A stretch of DNA of 64,000 bases. Origin: Marsupella aquatica (Eukaryota > Plantae > Marchantiophyta). A program made the position numbers and the translations under genes. A model generated the notes under the pieces. It was given only the letters and a program-made list of their open reading frames with translations, was not told the DNA's origin and ran no database searches. The stretch is from assembly GCA_973895155.1 (NCBI GenBank), contig OZ316897.1:13019375-13083374 (forward strand). Reading direction: 5' to 3'. Shown here piece by piece: positions 27,110-39,070 of this stretch (position 1 is the stretch's first letter; each line of letters begins with the position of its first letter).

Positions 27110-28195
27110 TATCGGTTTAGGGTTGGAAAACACTTTGGGGTGTCAAACGGCTATTAAGGTTTGTCAAACAACATTTAAGGTATGTTAAGTGCCCATAAGT
27201 TAACATGGAAGGGGTGTCAATGGATGTTTGGGTTGTAAGGATAACTAGAATATAAGTTAACAAAAGTTTGGGTTTAATTAAAGGTTAGGTTTATATTTGG
27301 TTTTAATCTAGGAGTATTTGGTTTAATTAAGGGGGTTAAAACTTGGGTTAGGTTGGAATAAAAGGGTTGGGTTTAAATTAATGGGTTTGGCTTAGGGTTC
27401 AAGGTAGAGGTTTGCATTAGGTTGTGGGTAATTACAGGGGTTGGGTTTGGTTTTAGTTGAGGGGTTGAATTGTGGTTGTTTTTTAAAGGGATTGGGTTTG
27501 GTTTTTAGTTGGGGGGTTTAATTGTGGTTTTTTTAAAGGGGTTGGGTTTCTAATGTAAGTGTTTGGGTTGGGGTGTAACATGATATAGGGTTGGATTTGG
27601 TTCTAATTGAGGGGGTACAATTTTTGCTTAAGTTTTAAAAAAGGGCCTCAATTTAGGGGTTAGGGTGAAGTTTAGAATAACTATAGGGGTGGGGGTTGGC
27701 CTATATAGGTAAAGTAAGGTGTAGATAGGGTAAGAGTTTTATATGTAATTGGGGGATTTGGGTTGGGTTTAGGGTAAAGGTTTGAATTTTTAATGAGGGA
27801 TTTGGGTATTGGTTAGGAGAAGGGTAAGGGTTTAGGGTGCTTGAGGGATTTGGGTTAGGTTTTAATGAAGGGTTTCATTTCATTGGTTTGGGTTTGTAGG
27901 GGTTTGGGTTTAGGGTAAAGGTTTGAATTTTTAATGAGGGATTTGGGTATTGGTTAGGATAAGGGTAAGGGTTTAGGGTGATTGAGGGATTTGGGTTAGG
28001 TTTTAATGAAGGGTTTCATTTCATGGTTTTGGTTTAGGGTAGGGGTTTGGGTTTAGGGTAAAGGTTTGAATTTTTAATGAGGGATTTGGGTATTGGTTAG
28101 GGTGAGGGTAAGGGTTTAGGGTGATTGAGGGATTTGGGTTAGGTTTTAATGAAGGTTTCATTTCATGGTTTGGGTTTAGGGTAGGGTTTGGGTTA
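27110..28195 (+). repeat. Telomere-like (TTTAGGG-related) degenerate array inside the CACTA element
   Basis: G/T-rich strand with many tttaggg/tttggg units. 27765-28195 is three copies of a ~142-bp higher-order unit. Confidence 0.85.
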
Positions 28196-28632
28196 CTTAT
28201 ATTTCTTTCTCTATCTCATTAACATGGAGTGGAAAACTCTTTGGCGTTGTAGGGCACTTCCCCATGTTTTTTAAAGTTTTGGCTAATGCATGATAATGCC
28301 TTGCGAGAGCCCGGGCATCTGAAAGGTATAACATTTTCTCATGCATTTCTAGTCATTGCTGTAAATATGGAGGGTTACAATCTATCATCCTTTTTTTCTG
28401 GTTCACCATAAGGCATGGCTTAATTCATTGTATATTGGCAGATTTTCCCCTCCTTCTTCCAGATTTGGTTCATGAAATTTGAGCCACAAGATCCGTCAAG
28501 GCATTGCTAAGCCCGGGTCTCATAAAGGTATTTTTCTGTCAATTCTTTTTAATATGTTTAGGTAGGGATTAATATCAATGATGGTTTTGGTGAAGTTTTT
28601 ACTAATCGCCTTCCAATTGCTATACTTGTCAG

Positions 28633-31600
28633 ATGTCTTCATCCTCTACAACTTCCACCACATCAGATTCCTCTTCCGATGAAGAAAGTCATCCTCCTCC
28701 TCAGCCTGAACCAACCGTACGTCGACCTAGTGGTCCACCACGCCAACTTTGTGGTTGTAAAAAATGTGTGGGGATGGTTGTCCAAAAGTCATATGTATGT
28801 GCGGAGCACATTGCTCGATATGGCCAACATCGAGGTCTTACACCGGGAGCTTCTTCATCCCGTATGGTGAGTTGTAAACTTACTGTGATTTCCATTTTAT
28901 TTTGTAAATCTTGCTAGGTAGCATAAAATAAAATTTGGGAGGTTCATCACACTCACTTGGTTCCATTTCTTCCTATAGGTATCCAGTAGGCCTACACCCA
29001 CTACACCAACACCCTATGTTCCCTCACAAGGAGTTCTAGATGCTATAGGCTCGGCACTTTCACAAGCTTTTCGTTTAGTGGCAGCAGGGCAAGGTAGTGT
29101 TGGGACAATTCAAGGTGACGGTATTGTTACAAGAGGGAAAAAAAGTCAAAAAGACAGCCTAGAGGGGAAGTGGATCATCAGTACACTTGTAGGGTTGATG
29201 GTAGATGGGGCCCTTGTACCTTCACAGGGAAGTGTGTTCCTATCATAAAGGATTGGAATCCGGAATGCCTTGGTTTGCCATGTGATATAACCTATGGTGA
29301 GGAGATAGAAGTTTGGGGAAGACGTTGGGTTGTCAAGAGTTCGACCCTAGGGGAGAGGCATGGGTATGGGATTTTCTCTTGTTAGGACATTATTGTGGAT
29401 GATGTGGGTGGAAAAGGGGCACCTCGGACAGATTATGAGGTCATGCAAGACCAAGAGTCAGCCATGGATGACTTCACAACAGATTGGTTTGGTGTAGACA
29501 TTGGTGGTGAAGGAGGTGTCCCACCCAATAAAGGAGATCCTCCACCAAATGTTGCACATGATCCAAGGCCTCAACGTACACCTGAAGGACAAAAACAATG
29601 GGAAGAAGTTGAGGCACATGCTAGAACACCTATTTATGGGGGTGCTCGTTTGAATAGACTATCTGCCATCTTGGCATTGATGAATCTTCAGGGAAAACAC
29701 AAGGCAAGCAATGCGCTACTATCGACTTTGTTTGCAATTTGCCATGATCTCTTGTTACCCATTGAAAATGTGTTGCCAGGAACTTGGAAGGAGGCAAAGA
29801 GGGTTCTATCATCCATTGGCATGGAATACCATATCATTCATGCTTGTGTGAATGACTGCATTCTCTATCATGAGACCAATGCCGGCGCAATTGAGTGTCC
29901 AATTTGTCAAGAGCCTCGATATGAAACCAACATGTTGACCTCAAAGGTGCCTAGAAAAGCTGTTCATTGGTTTCCTATTATTCCTTGATTGTTGCACATG
30001 TACCGATGTTCTGACTTGGCAGAATTGATGGTATGGCATAAGATACATCGATCAGAGGCCGGTGTCATGCGGTTGCCAGTTGATTCCCCTGCTCACAAGC
30101 ATGTGGAGTCACAATGGCCAGAGTTTGCACGTGACCCTCGTCATGTGAGGTTGGGGTTGGCATCAGATGGGGTGAGCCCACACTCTCTTGGAAGGAAAGG
30201 ACGCCCTACTTCGGTTTGGCCGGTGGTTGTTATGAATTACAACCTTCCCCCATGGTTGTCCATGAAAAAGGGATTCTTATTGCTATCATTGATTATCCCA
30301 GGTCCATCTCAGGTAAAAAATATGGACACCTACTTGGCGCTCTTGGTTGGGGAACTCCATAAATTATGGGGGGGTGTATGGGCATATGATGGTCGGACAA
30401 CTACAGGAGGGTTACCACGTGTCTTCCAATTGAAGGGAATCATTATGTGGACCATGCATAACTATCCAGGTGAGTGGTATGGATTTGTATTTTTTTCATG
30501 TATTGGAGATCAAGTTTGTTTGGAAGGAAGTCCCTCTTTAATTCTAGAATGTACATACATGAACTTTTCAATTCCTTTGACTCTAATTGAGAATGTTATT
30601 TTGTGAGCAGGGTTTGGGTTTGTTTCTGGGTTCCAAACTCAAGGGTACAAGGCATGCTCCACTTGTGGTCCAAGCCTTCACGATATGGCCAAGTACTCAA
30701 AATGGCTGCACAAGATAATCTACCTTGGTCATACCAAGTTTCTTCCACTTGGGCATCACATGAGGTCTGACCCCCTTTTGTTTTCAGACTTTGACATGAT
30801 CAATGGTGATGAGCGTGAGATACCTGACCGCACAACATTTTTGTATTGGAAATCCATAGCTGATAGGGTGGCAGACCCTGAAGATGCCATGGGATTTTAT
30901 GGTAGTGGATTGACAAGGTGGAGTATACTGGCCACGTACTTTGCCCTATTGGCTTGAGTTGAAGATTCATCACTTGTTAGACCCCATGCATATAGAGGGA
31001 AATGTTGGGAAGGCTTTGATCAAGCACTTTTATGGGGAAAAGAACATTAATTTTAGGGAGGCATGCCAGGATCTAGAACGACATCCAGATGTATGGATAA
31101 CAGTTGATGAATCCATAGAAATGGAACATCGTCCTTCAGCTCCATGGGTTTTGAGTGTTGGTGAAAGAAGAGAGTTTCGACAATGCATAGGGCAGATGCG
31201 GTTTCCTACAAGCTATGGTGCCAATCTACGTAAGGCCTTTGGGATGGAGGAAAGTCATAAATGGCCAATGTACCTCAAGACACATGACTATCATCGTTTA
31301 CTACAACATATACTTCATGTGGCAATCATAGGTTTGGGGAGTGAAGAAGTGCAAGACGCCCTTTGGTCACTGGGCACTTTGTTGAGATGGATATGCTCAA
31401 AGGAAATATATGAAGAAGAGATACCACGGATGGAGGTATTGGCAGCAGAGGTGGTATGCAAGTTGGAGAAGGCCCTCCCTCCTTCTTTCTTTGATTGTCA
31501 GGTGCATCTTCTCGTTCATCTTGTGAGGGAGGTTGCCATTGCCGGTCCGGTGCATTGTAGGTGGATGTATTGGCTGGAAAGGTATATGGCCGTGTTAAAG

Positions 31601-31986
31601 GCTTATGTACGGAACCATATACGAGTGGAGGGGAGCATGGCAACTGGATACTTGGCAGCTGAGAGTATGTTTTATTGTAGTAACATCTTAGCTACCATTG
31701 ATCCTAGTTGTCCACGCACTTGGATGGAAGAGAGGGAAGTGGAGGAGGACCGTTTAATAGGTGCAAAAAAAACACGCTTACTAACCGCAGTGGAGTTGAC
31801 ACAGGTTAGTACTTTCATGTTGAGTAACAACAATGTGATGGAAGATTGGAGAGAGTTTTATGAGGATGCAAAGAGGGAGAGTCGTCGCCCAAGGATCTTT
31901 CCAAAGTTCCTTGAGTATATGAAGGAGAAAGTACTTCAGTTGGATGCTATGGTGGCCCAAGGTGAGAATGTATCACATTTTCCAGA
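28633..31986 (+). pseudogene. CACTA TnpD (Tnp2/Transposase_21 plus DUF4218) transposase, disrupted and truncated
   Basis: N-terminal CGCKKC...H. Motifs IHACVNDCILY, RLGLASDG, YNLPPW, LDPMHIEGNV, LKTHDYH and GPVHCRWMY. Introns ~28867-28978 and ~30470-30610. Stops at 29383 and 29986, frameshifts at ~29140 and ~30940, and MHDYP reads MHNYP. Confidence 0.93.
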
Positions 31987-32593
31987 CTCGGGGGTCTCAC
32001 TATATGGAGGACCCCCCCATCACCTGCGACGTTTTCATGCCTAGACCCCCATACTTATTAAGTTGAATTTTTTTTTTCCTCCCTCTTTCTTTCTTCTAAG
32101 AGTCTAAAATCCAAATTGTATTGCCCCTATAATTTGTGAAGTAAAGTGTCACATATCAATATAAAATGCCTAGAAAGAAAAGATAAGTCTATGTCAGTAC
32201 CTTGTGAAGTCGTATGTCAGACATGGCACGCCCTGCAACAGTTCTTGCACCTTTGTCGACCTTAAACTTTGATCATTTCAATGCATCATTTATATTGTGT
32301 ACCTAAAAGGTCATCCCAATATAAACCTTACGTGCATAAGTGGGATGGCCTTTAAGGTCACAACATAAATAATCCATTCCACCCATTGATCACCAATCCC
32401 ATGCTCCATCCATACTCCATTTAAAACTTATGTTGAGAGATGTAACATGTGACGGAGGGGAATTGAACCCCTAATTGAGAAAGGATCTCAAGTTGCCAAT
32501 CCGTCACCCCCTATCCTATCCCACTACACCCACTAATATTAACAAAATAAAACATATATACAGACTCTCAAAAACTAAACAGTAACATGATAT

Positions 32594-35500
32594 TCATACC
32601 ATTGTTTGAAGATACTGATCCAAAGCACGTCTATCTATTGGATCCAACACATAGATACGATCCATAACCCCTTCTTTCATGGTTAAACTAACACTAGCAA
32701 TGACCATTTCAATATCCATCCATTTCAAATCAGTGGTATCATATCTGAATTCACTTTTGCTCTTACCAATAGGACTATACCAATTTAACAACAGTTCACA
32801 AATGTTACCTGATTGCCCTGCAAGTGGAGTTGGCCTATCCATCAAATCAATTGGTGACCAACAATTGCCCCACCTACTGCCATACTTCTGTCTCATTTGG
32901 ACAATCCGACCCAACCAAAAATATTTCTTACCTGCTGAGATTGCCTCCACCACAACCTTATTCTTTCCTCCCTTTCTTTTTCCAGATCTAGTACTTGGAG
33001 CAGGACTATCATCAGACTCAAATGCAATTGCACAATCAGTGCCAACATCAACAAAACATGAGTTAGGATTGACTTCTTGCACTTTTCTCTTGCCAGTACT
33101 ATAGTATAGCACTTGTTTCACCCTTGTCAGCCTATCTTTTGACAAATGCGGATTTCCTACCAACTGGCTTACCAGAGTGGATTTGTAAATCACCTTGCCT
33201 TCATAAGTAACAGTAGGCACTACCTTGGTACGATTCTGTACATTAGTTATAGCATGGACAACTGATCCAAACACATGCCGAACTTCATGACCTAATGTCT
33301 CAAGCTCATCTGAGGGGTCTACATCAAACTGTATATCATCTCTGTGTACATCATCTGAATGCATCTCAGGAACAACAATGGGATCTGGTTCTGTTAACCA
33401 TGCATCTATTCTATTCAGATCATCCTCAGGATCTTCCAATTCATGAAAATCTCCAGTTGGGCGAGGACCTATGTCTGGTGGTTGGTGCTCTACTTGCTCC
33501 TCAGAATCATTGCAAACAATTGCTTCCTTCAGAACCACCTCTAGTGGCCAGGTCTCACTTTCCACAACCCAAGGACATGTCCACCATCTCTTTCTAGCTG
33601 TTGGTAAGGAACTTCGTGGAGACATCTGCAATTGATGCATAAGATCCTTAGCAGCAACAAAACCTTCTTTAAGGGCTGCAACCACTAATTCATTAGTCTC
33701 AATGAGAGAATAGTCAAGTAGATTTGGTGCTTCCTCCCCTTCCCCTATAGGATGAATCTTCCCCCATACATGATCTTGTTTCTTATGTGAACGACCTATC
33801 TTCAAGCCTTCTGGTCCATATTCTAGGGCAGCAAGCCGGTTCAGTCCAACAGCACTATCCAACAGAGAGCCAAAATCATAATTCCGCTCATGGCCACTCA
33901 TGCCTCCTACCTTGCTGAAGAAAATCTCACAACAATCTGAACCTAGCAAGTGGAAGGGAACACCTAGATGTGGGAACTTATCTCGAAAGGCACAAATTAA
34001 CAGCACAATGAAATGACATGACATGTTAACATCATGAAAAGCCTGAATAGACATCATGTCTTTCTCAGTGTGTGCTGCAAAGTTCCCACCCACTGAATGG
34101 TCACCAAACCTCAACCACAATCTCCACAAACGTAGAAAGAATGAAACCTTGGATGCTAACACAATACGGGACCTCAAATCATGAACTGGAGAAAAGAAAA
34201 TATCTAAGTAATCTGCACAAATCTCCAAGTACAACTGAGTTCCTAAACTTCGTTCATGTTGTACATCTCTCCTCTCATACATATCTTTCAGACATTGCTG
34301 CACTCTTCTTGCTGCTATTCGTTGTGGACCTGCCCAATTCTGCCGGTCAGTCCTATTCACATCATCCCAAGCCATGCCATGTTCATGAATTGGATAATGA
34401 TTGTAGACATTAGCTACATAAGATAAAGATGCATGTTGATCTCCTAGCACCAGTAAAGAAGACACTCTGTCTAAGGGGTTTATCATCTTTTTCCCATTAT
34501 GAGGTTGGTCTTGGTCACCAAAGCCATACAAATCTCCATTTGGTAGAATTGAAACAGAGTATGTCCACCCTTCCCACCCAACTCCGTACCTTGGGTATGA
34601 TCCATTCTGCCCTCTGTAATCTTCCAGCATCAGCTTTCGGCGACGTGCATCACCATCACTAGCATGTCCAAGCAAAGGGCCTACCATAGCTCTACAATAT
34701 TCATCCCAAAAAGCCTTTAACTGGACCCAATGCTCTCGTACCCAAGAAGCTGTGAACTTATTACAAGTTGGAAGTGCACACACAGCCAATTTAGGTAAGG
34801 ACTCATGCAGAGGATTCACAATCACAACTCGGGCATACATGCACTTGGGGCATTGTTCAAATGTACTTACAATTTTATCATACCCCTCATCACCTTCACC
34901 AACTAGAATTTCCAAACCATAGGAGCATACATGCTGCTCTGAAGGTCCGCAGAAACCAATGAGAGTATCATACTTTGCCTCCCACCTGAAACACAGACAT
35001 GCAATTTTTCAATATCACAGCAATTCCAGCCAAGTGCTACTTGTAAAGTCATTAAAAAAACAATTGGAAAAATGTCCAGTTCCAATTACCTAGGGCGTTC
35101 TTTGATCCTTGTTTCATCCTCAGCAAAGATAACAGGCACATCCCCCTCAATGCCCAATGAGTGCTTTGCAGCAAACAACACTCTAGCAATCTCCTGAAAG
35201 GTTTCCTTCCGTAACCCGGTTCGAAAAGGTGTGAGTTTTGCTCTATCACGTTTTAGGGTCACAAGGCTAGGGGCTGTCAAGTTTTGTGCAAAACAATGAG
35301 CAACTTGACGGCCCCCAAATTGGAACATAGCCTGAGCAATAGCTCGAGTCCTATTACTGTAACGATTACCTTTTGGCTTCCTGCCTAAATTGCGAGCTAC
35401 ATCCTTCAAGAAATCCCACAAACCCTCCTTACCACCAAATGCACCATTCCTGTGTCCATTCAAAATACTCCTAAGAAACAATCTCAAATCCTTCCTGTTT

Positions 35501-37170
35501 GCTGCAACTCCTAACAACTCCTCTAGTTTTCGTTTCCTGGTGCTCAAGGCACATACTTTCTGAGCCTGCAAAGCTAACAACCAACGCTCTTTTCGTCGCA
35601 CAGAGTTCAGGTTGTGCACTTGATCTCTTAACTCTGTGTTGGTCAAATAATCCAAACGTATACCACCAGCAGTGGTTCGGCTCCCTCTGTGGACTACTGC
35701 TTCCGCTTCCCTGTGCACCCGTCCACGAAAATCATCTTCTAGTGTTATAGAATCACATTCACTACAAGTTAGATTTTCAAATCCTCCTCCATTCTGTGAT
35801 AACCTCAAGCAATCCTTGTGTCTAAAACAGCTTGCTATACTCACAACACTCTCTCTACTTGGATGGAAAACATCCAAGCAACAACTTGGCTCACAATGCC
35901 ATGTAATTCCCCCAGACTGATCATCTAAAATGCCAGAAATATCATAAGATATACCCTTCCATAACAGTCGAGGCACACCTCTCTCTACCCATAATCCCCA
36001 GCAAAGCAAACTCAGACCAAGATCAACAGATTCACACACACCTGAACCTGAACCTGAACTGCTGCCTGTCCGGGACCCATCATCTTTAAAGAACTTCAAA
36101 ATCCCGCTCTGACCAGGATGTAGGTCCCTAGAATCAGTCCTCTTTGGCCTGCCCCTCTTCCCAGACCTCAAGGCAAGCATTTTTGTGTCATGCCTAGTCT
36201 CCAATGCATCCAAGTGATCTCGACTCACTAAGTGTGTCCTCAAATTGGGCTCCAAGGTAAGCTTCTTGGGGCACAAGTCAGTGTGAAGCATTCCACAGAC
36301 AGTACAGCGAACCTTAAACAGGAAAGACCTGTTTACATACTCAGGAGTACTGGGATCAGGAACAATAGAGAATAGTTTGCCATCATCCCCAAGCTCAGCA
36401 TTCAATCGCTGAACTATCTCAACACCTACTTTGATGGCGTCTGCATGATCATATTCTGGCTTCTCAGAGATGTCTGCTACCTGAACCAAAGTAGAAGGAA
36501 TGCCCCTTCTCCGACAATAGTTATCCTTGTGCTTATTGAAGACCAAGTGTTTGGTCTTAAAATTACTAAAGCAATTGGAGATGGATTTAGGGTTCTGAGA
36601 GTTGTCTGCATTGCCATAAGTTTCCCTACATTCAAGACACTCCAGATGCCCTCGAACATCTGTCCCCTCATCCCAGGTACGAATTCTCCAATTGTGATCA
36701 CCATAACCCTTCTTATGTACCCATTTCTCTAACCTCATCCACTCATCTTTCCATAGCTTTGATGGGACATCTCCCATCAATTGTGACTCAAAAGAAGCCC
36801 TTACAGGGGAGGGTGCTAGTGCTGTTGGCCTCAGTTGTGGTGTCTCAGTATTTGGACCCAATGATGCAGGAGTGCAAGGATGACAGGGTACTGGTGGGAT
36901 CCTCCCACCATCTCCAAGTTCTTGTTGTACAACAATAACTCTTCCATCCAGCTCAGACAGATCAATTAATTTCTCATGTACAAGTTTCACTCGACCAGGA
37001 AGTCTCTCATCCCAAAAATCGAAGTCAAAGTCTAGAGTAGAGGCAATACGAGCCCTAAAATCATGTAGGGTGTGTCCTTCTTTGAATGACAAAACACAGA
37101 TTGGTAAATCAGCCTTGTCATCCCCAACTTTGCGTATTAATTTAACAGAGTTGGGTTTAGGGGCTGCCAT
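32594..37170 (-). CDS. Intact two-exon ~1490-aa DDE transposase (P-element-like) with N-terminal C2H2 fingers
   Basis: Exons 37170-35090 and 34985-32594. The 104-bp GT-AG intron (35089-34986) joins in frame as AEDETRIKERPR/WEAKYDTLIGFCG. Downstream motifs GHASDGD, DQPHNGKKM (DxxH), DRQN and GSDCCEIFFS. Fingers CLEC..H..H and CTVC..H..H. Confidence 0.8.
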
Positions 37171-37669
37171 TGCAATACAAATCTAGAACATGCATAGCAC
37201 CATTGCTTTTGGAGTCGATAACAGAAAGACCTGCACAAATACATTTGAAATACACACAAGGGAAACACATTAGGATCTTCAAGAGATGCAATGACAACAT
37301 ACACATTCTCATGTCAGTAATGTACATAATGTCAGCATACATTTAACAATAGAAGTGCTAATAGGCCAAAACACTTTATAATGCAATCCATCATACATGC
37401 AAATGTATTCAGTGAAAATCATGATATACCGTTAAAGTTGGATAAAATATCTTTAGAAAAAATATCCTTTTTGCCTGGTTTTCTAACAATTCCCGAGGTT
37501 TAGTGCTTTTGCTCATCAAAATGCAGCACTATTAGTGACCGTAATTATGACAAAATGTCAACACTAATAAAATTGGGTACTACCACCCATGATGCAGCTT
37601 AAGTATATGCCTTGCTCATACCCCACTAAGACGTTGAAACCTAAGTAATAGGTTTGTTCATTATTCAGA

Positions 37670-38329
37670 TCACTGGAGCCATGAAATGTGGTCCCTGATT
37701 GGAGTCTTCAGGTGTGGATCAATAGGATGACGGGGGCAATAAAACATCTGTCGCTGTTGTCCATGTGCTTCATGTTCCCAGATGTCCCTATCATGAGCAA
37801 ACCCTTTGCTTTTGATCATCTGGAGACAATCTGTAAGCCACGCATTTGGACATCGTAAACATTGTACCATGTTCTTGACCATCTGACCCTCAAGACTCTG
37901 ATAACATGTCACACATGTATGCAGTGGGCAGGACTTTGCAGCAGCTACCAAACACCCAAAGCAATAAAATCGTACACAAAAATGATCAGAGCATTTTCGC
38001 ACAATTGTAGGTGACGGTCCCACAGTGCGGCACCCATAACACATGGCCTGGTCCTGGTTACAATTTGGGCAAAACCATGGCTTCCCTCCATGATGGAGGG
38101 GAAGGACTACACAGGGGCAAGAGTCATTAGGGGCTTCATCTCCAACCACATAATGAAATTGCCTGTGACATGGCCCATCACAAATTACCAACTTCCCACC
38201 ATGCTCACAAATTGCACAAACATGAGGGCTGGTTTGTAGAATCTCTTGCTCAGAGAACAAGGGAATACACAATACCTCTTCTAAAGAGGACTGTGTTGCT
38301 TTCTTTATGTTTGAAGTCCTTGTCGGCAT
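37670..38329 (-). CDS. EDM2-like composite PHD-finger protein (~219 aa), transposon cargo
   Basis: CAICEHGGKLVICDGPCHRQFH...WFCPNC...CYGC...CVRFYC...CPLHTC..C...QCLRCPNAW..CL...FYCPRHPIDPHLKTPIRDHI matches the EDM2/NSD-type PHD cluster. ATG at 38329 follows a ttcag acceptor. Confidence 0.8.
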   Translation of the reverse strand: MPTRTSNIKKATQSSLEEVLCIPLFSEQEILQTSPHVCAICEHGGKLVICDGPCHRQFHYVVGDEAPNDSCPCVVLPLHHGGKPWFCPNCNQDQAMCYGCRTVGPSPTIVRKCSDHFCVRFYCFGCLVAAAKSCPLHTCVTCYQSLEGQMVKNMVQCLRCPNAWLTDCLQMIKSKGFAHDRDIWEHEAHGQQRQMFYCPRHPIDPHLKTPIRDHISWLQ

Positions 38330-38671
38330 GGTTACAACTGAAATCATCACAAAGCACATCACATATGAGAGGGACATGTATGATACTGGGCAATCCATAG
38401 AACTTGGAGAAATCCACATTTGAAGTAGTTACAAACCTGCTCCAATGATCTGCAAACCTCCCTCCCAGATGAAGTCAACTACACAGTGCAGCCTGGACAC
38501 CCACCAACCAAGACATACATAAATACAATGCCAGCTTGCGAAACTTTGCCACATAATGGGAATGAAAATTATTCTCATATATCATGGATGGTACAATTGC
38601 AGCCTTGCAAACAAAGGCCTAGTCATCCCGGACCTCAAGTCATGAACAACGCATCCATGTACTATCAGGGA

Positions 38672-39070
38672 CTACAATGTCAAGCATCCATGGGCTGTAA
38701 CCTTAGCTTGACCTGGAATACTATCTGGGGCTACAATATCAAGCTCAGTTATATGTGGAATACTATCTAGGACTACAATGTCAAGCGTGTCCGGGATGAC
38801 AATCTTGCGTAAAAGACACTCATTTTGAGGCCAAATGGTTGGCCTTATACAAGAGCACCTCCAGTGACTTGTGACAACTTTGCCATGCTTTCCCATGTAT
38901 GTCCTAGTAACAAGTCTTCCACGCATTTTCAAGCAGAAGCAATGGAACCATTCAAAATTGCCATCACCAACCCTGCACTTCACACAAGATTCGCACCAGC
39001 AGCATTCATCTGGATGCTGCAAAAGGAGCTTCTCATAATTCGCTTCTAATGTAATGCCCAATTTAGCCAT
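38672..39070 (-). CDS. Second, divergent PHD-like (ING-type) ORF or pseudo-exon
   Basis: CCWCESC..C.....EWFHCFC...HWRCSC. Confidence 0.45.
   Translation of the reverse strand: MAKLGITLEANYEKLLLQHPDECCWCESCVKCRVGDGNFEWFHCFCLKMRGRLVTRTYMGKHGKVVTSHWRCSCIRPTIWPQNECLLRKIVIPDTLDIVVLDSIPHITELDIVAPDSIPGQAKVTAHGCLTL

Larger units (their letters stand above)
23957..31986 (+). mobile_element. CACTA (En/Spm) DNA transposon, right end missing
   Basis: Starts CACTACAACAC at 23957, exactly where copia homology ends. Has tcgca/tgcga-rich subterminal repeats and contains TnpD- and TnpA-like genes. No matching ...GTAGTG right end was found. Confidence 0.9.

Noticed and set aside
27110-28195. True telomere or chromosome-fusion site
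   Set aside because: The repeats are highly degenerate, in one orientation only, and embedded between two genes of one CACTA element.
35086-37170. 694-aa and 773-aa ORFs as two separate genes
   Set aside because: A canonical intron joins them in frame in the middle of the first catalytic motif.
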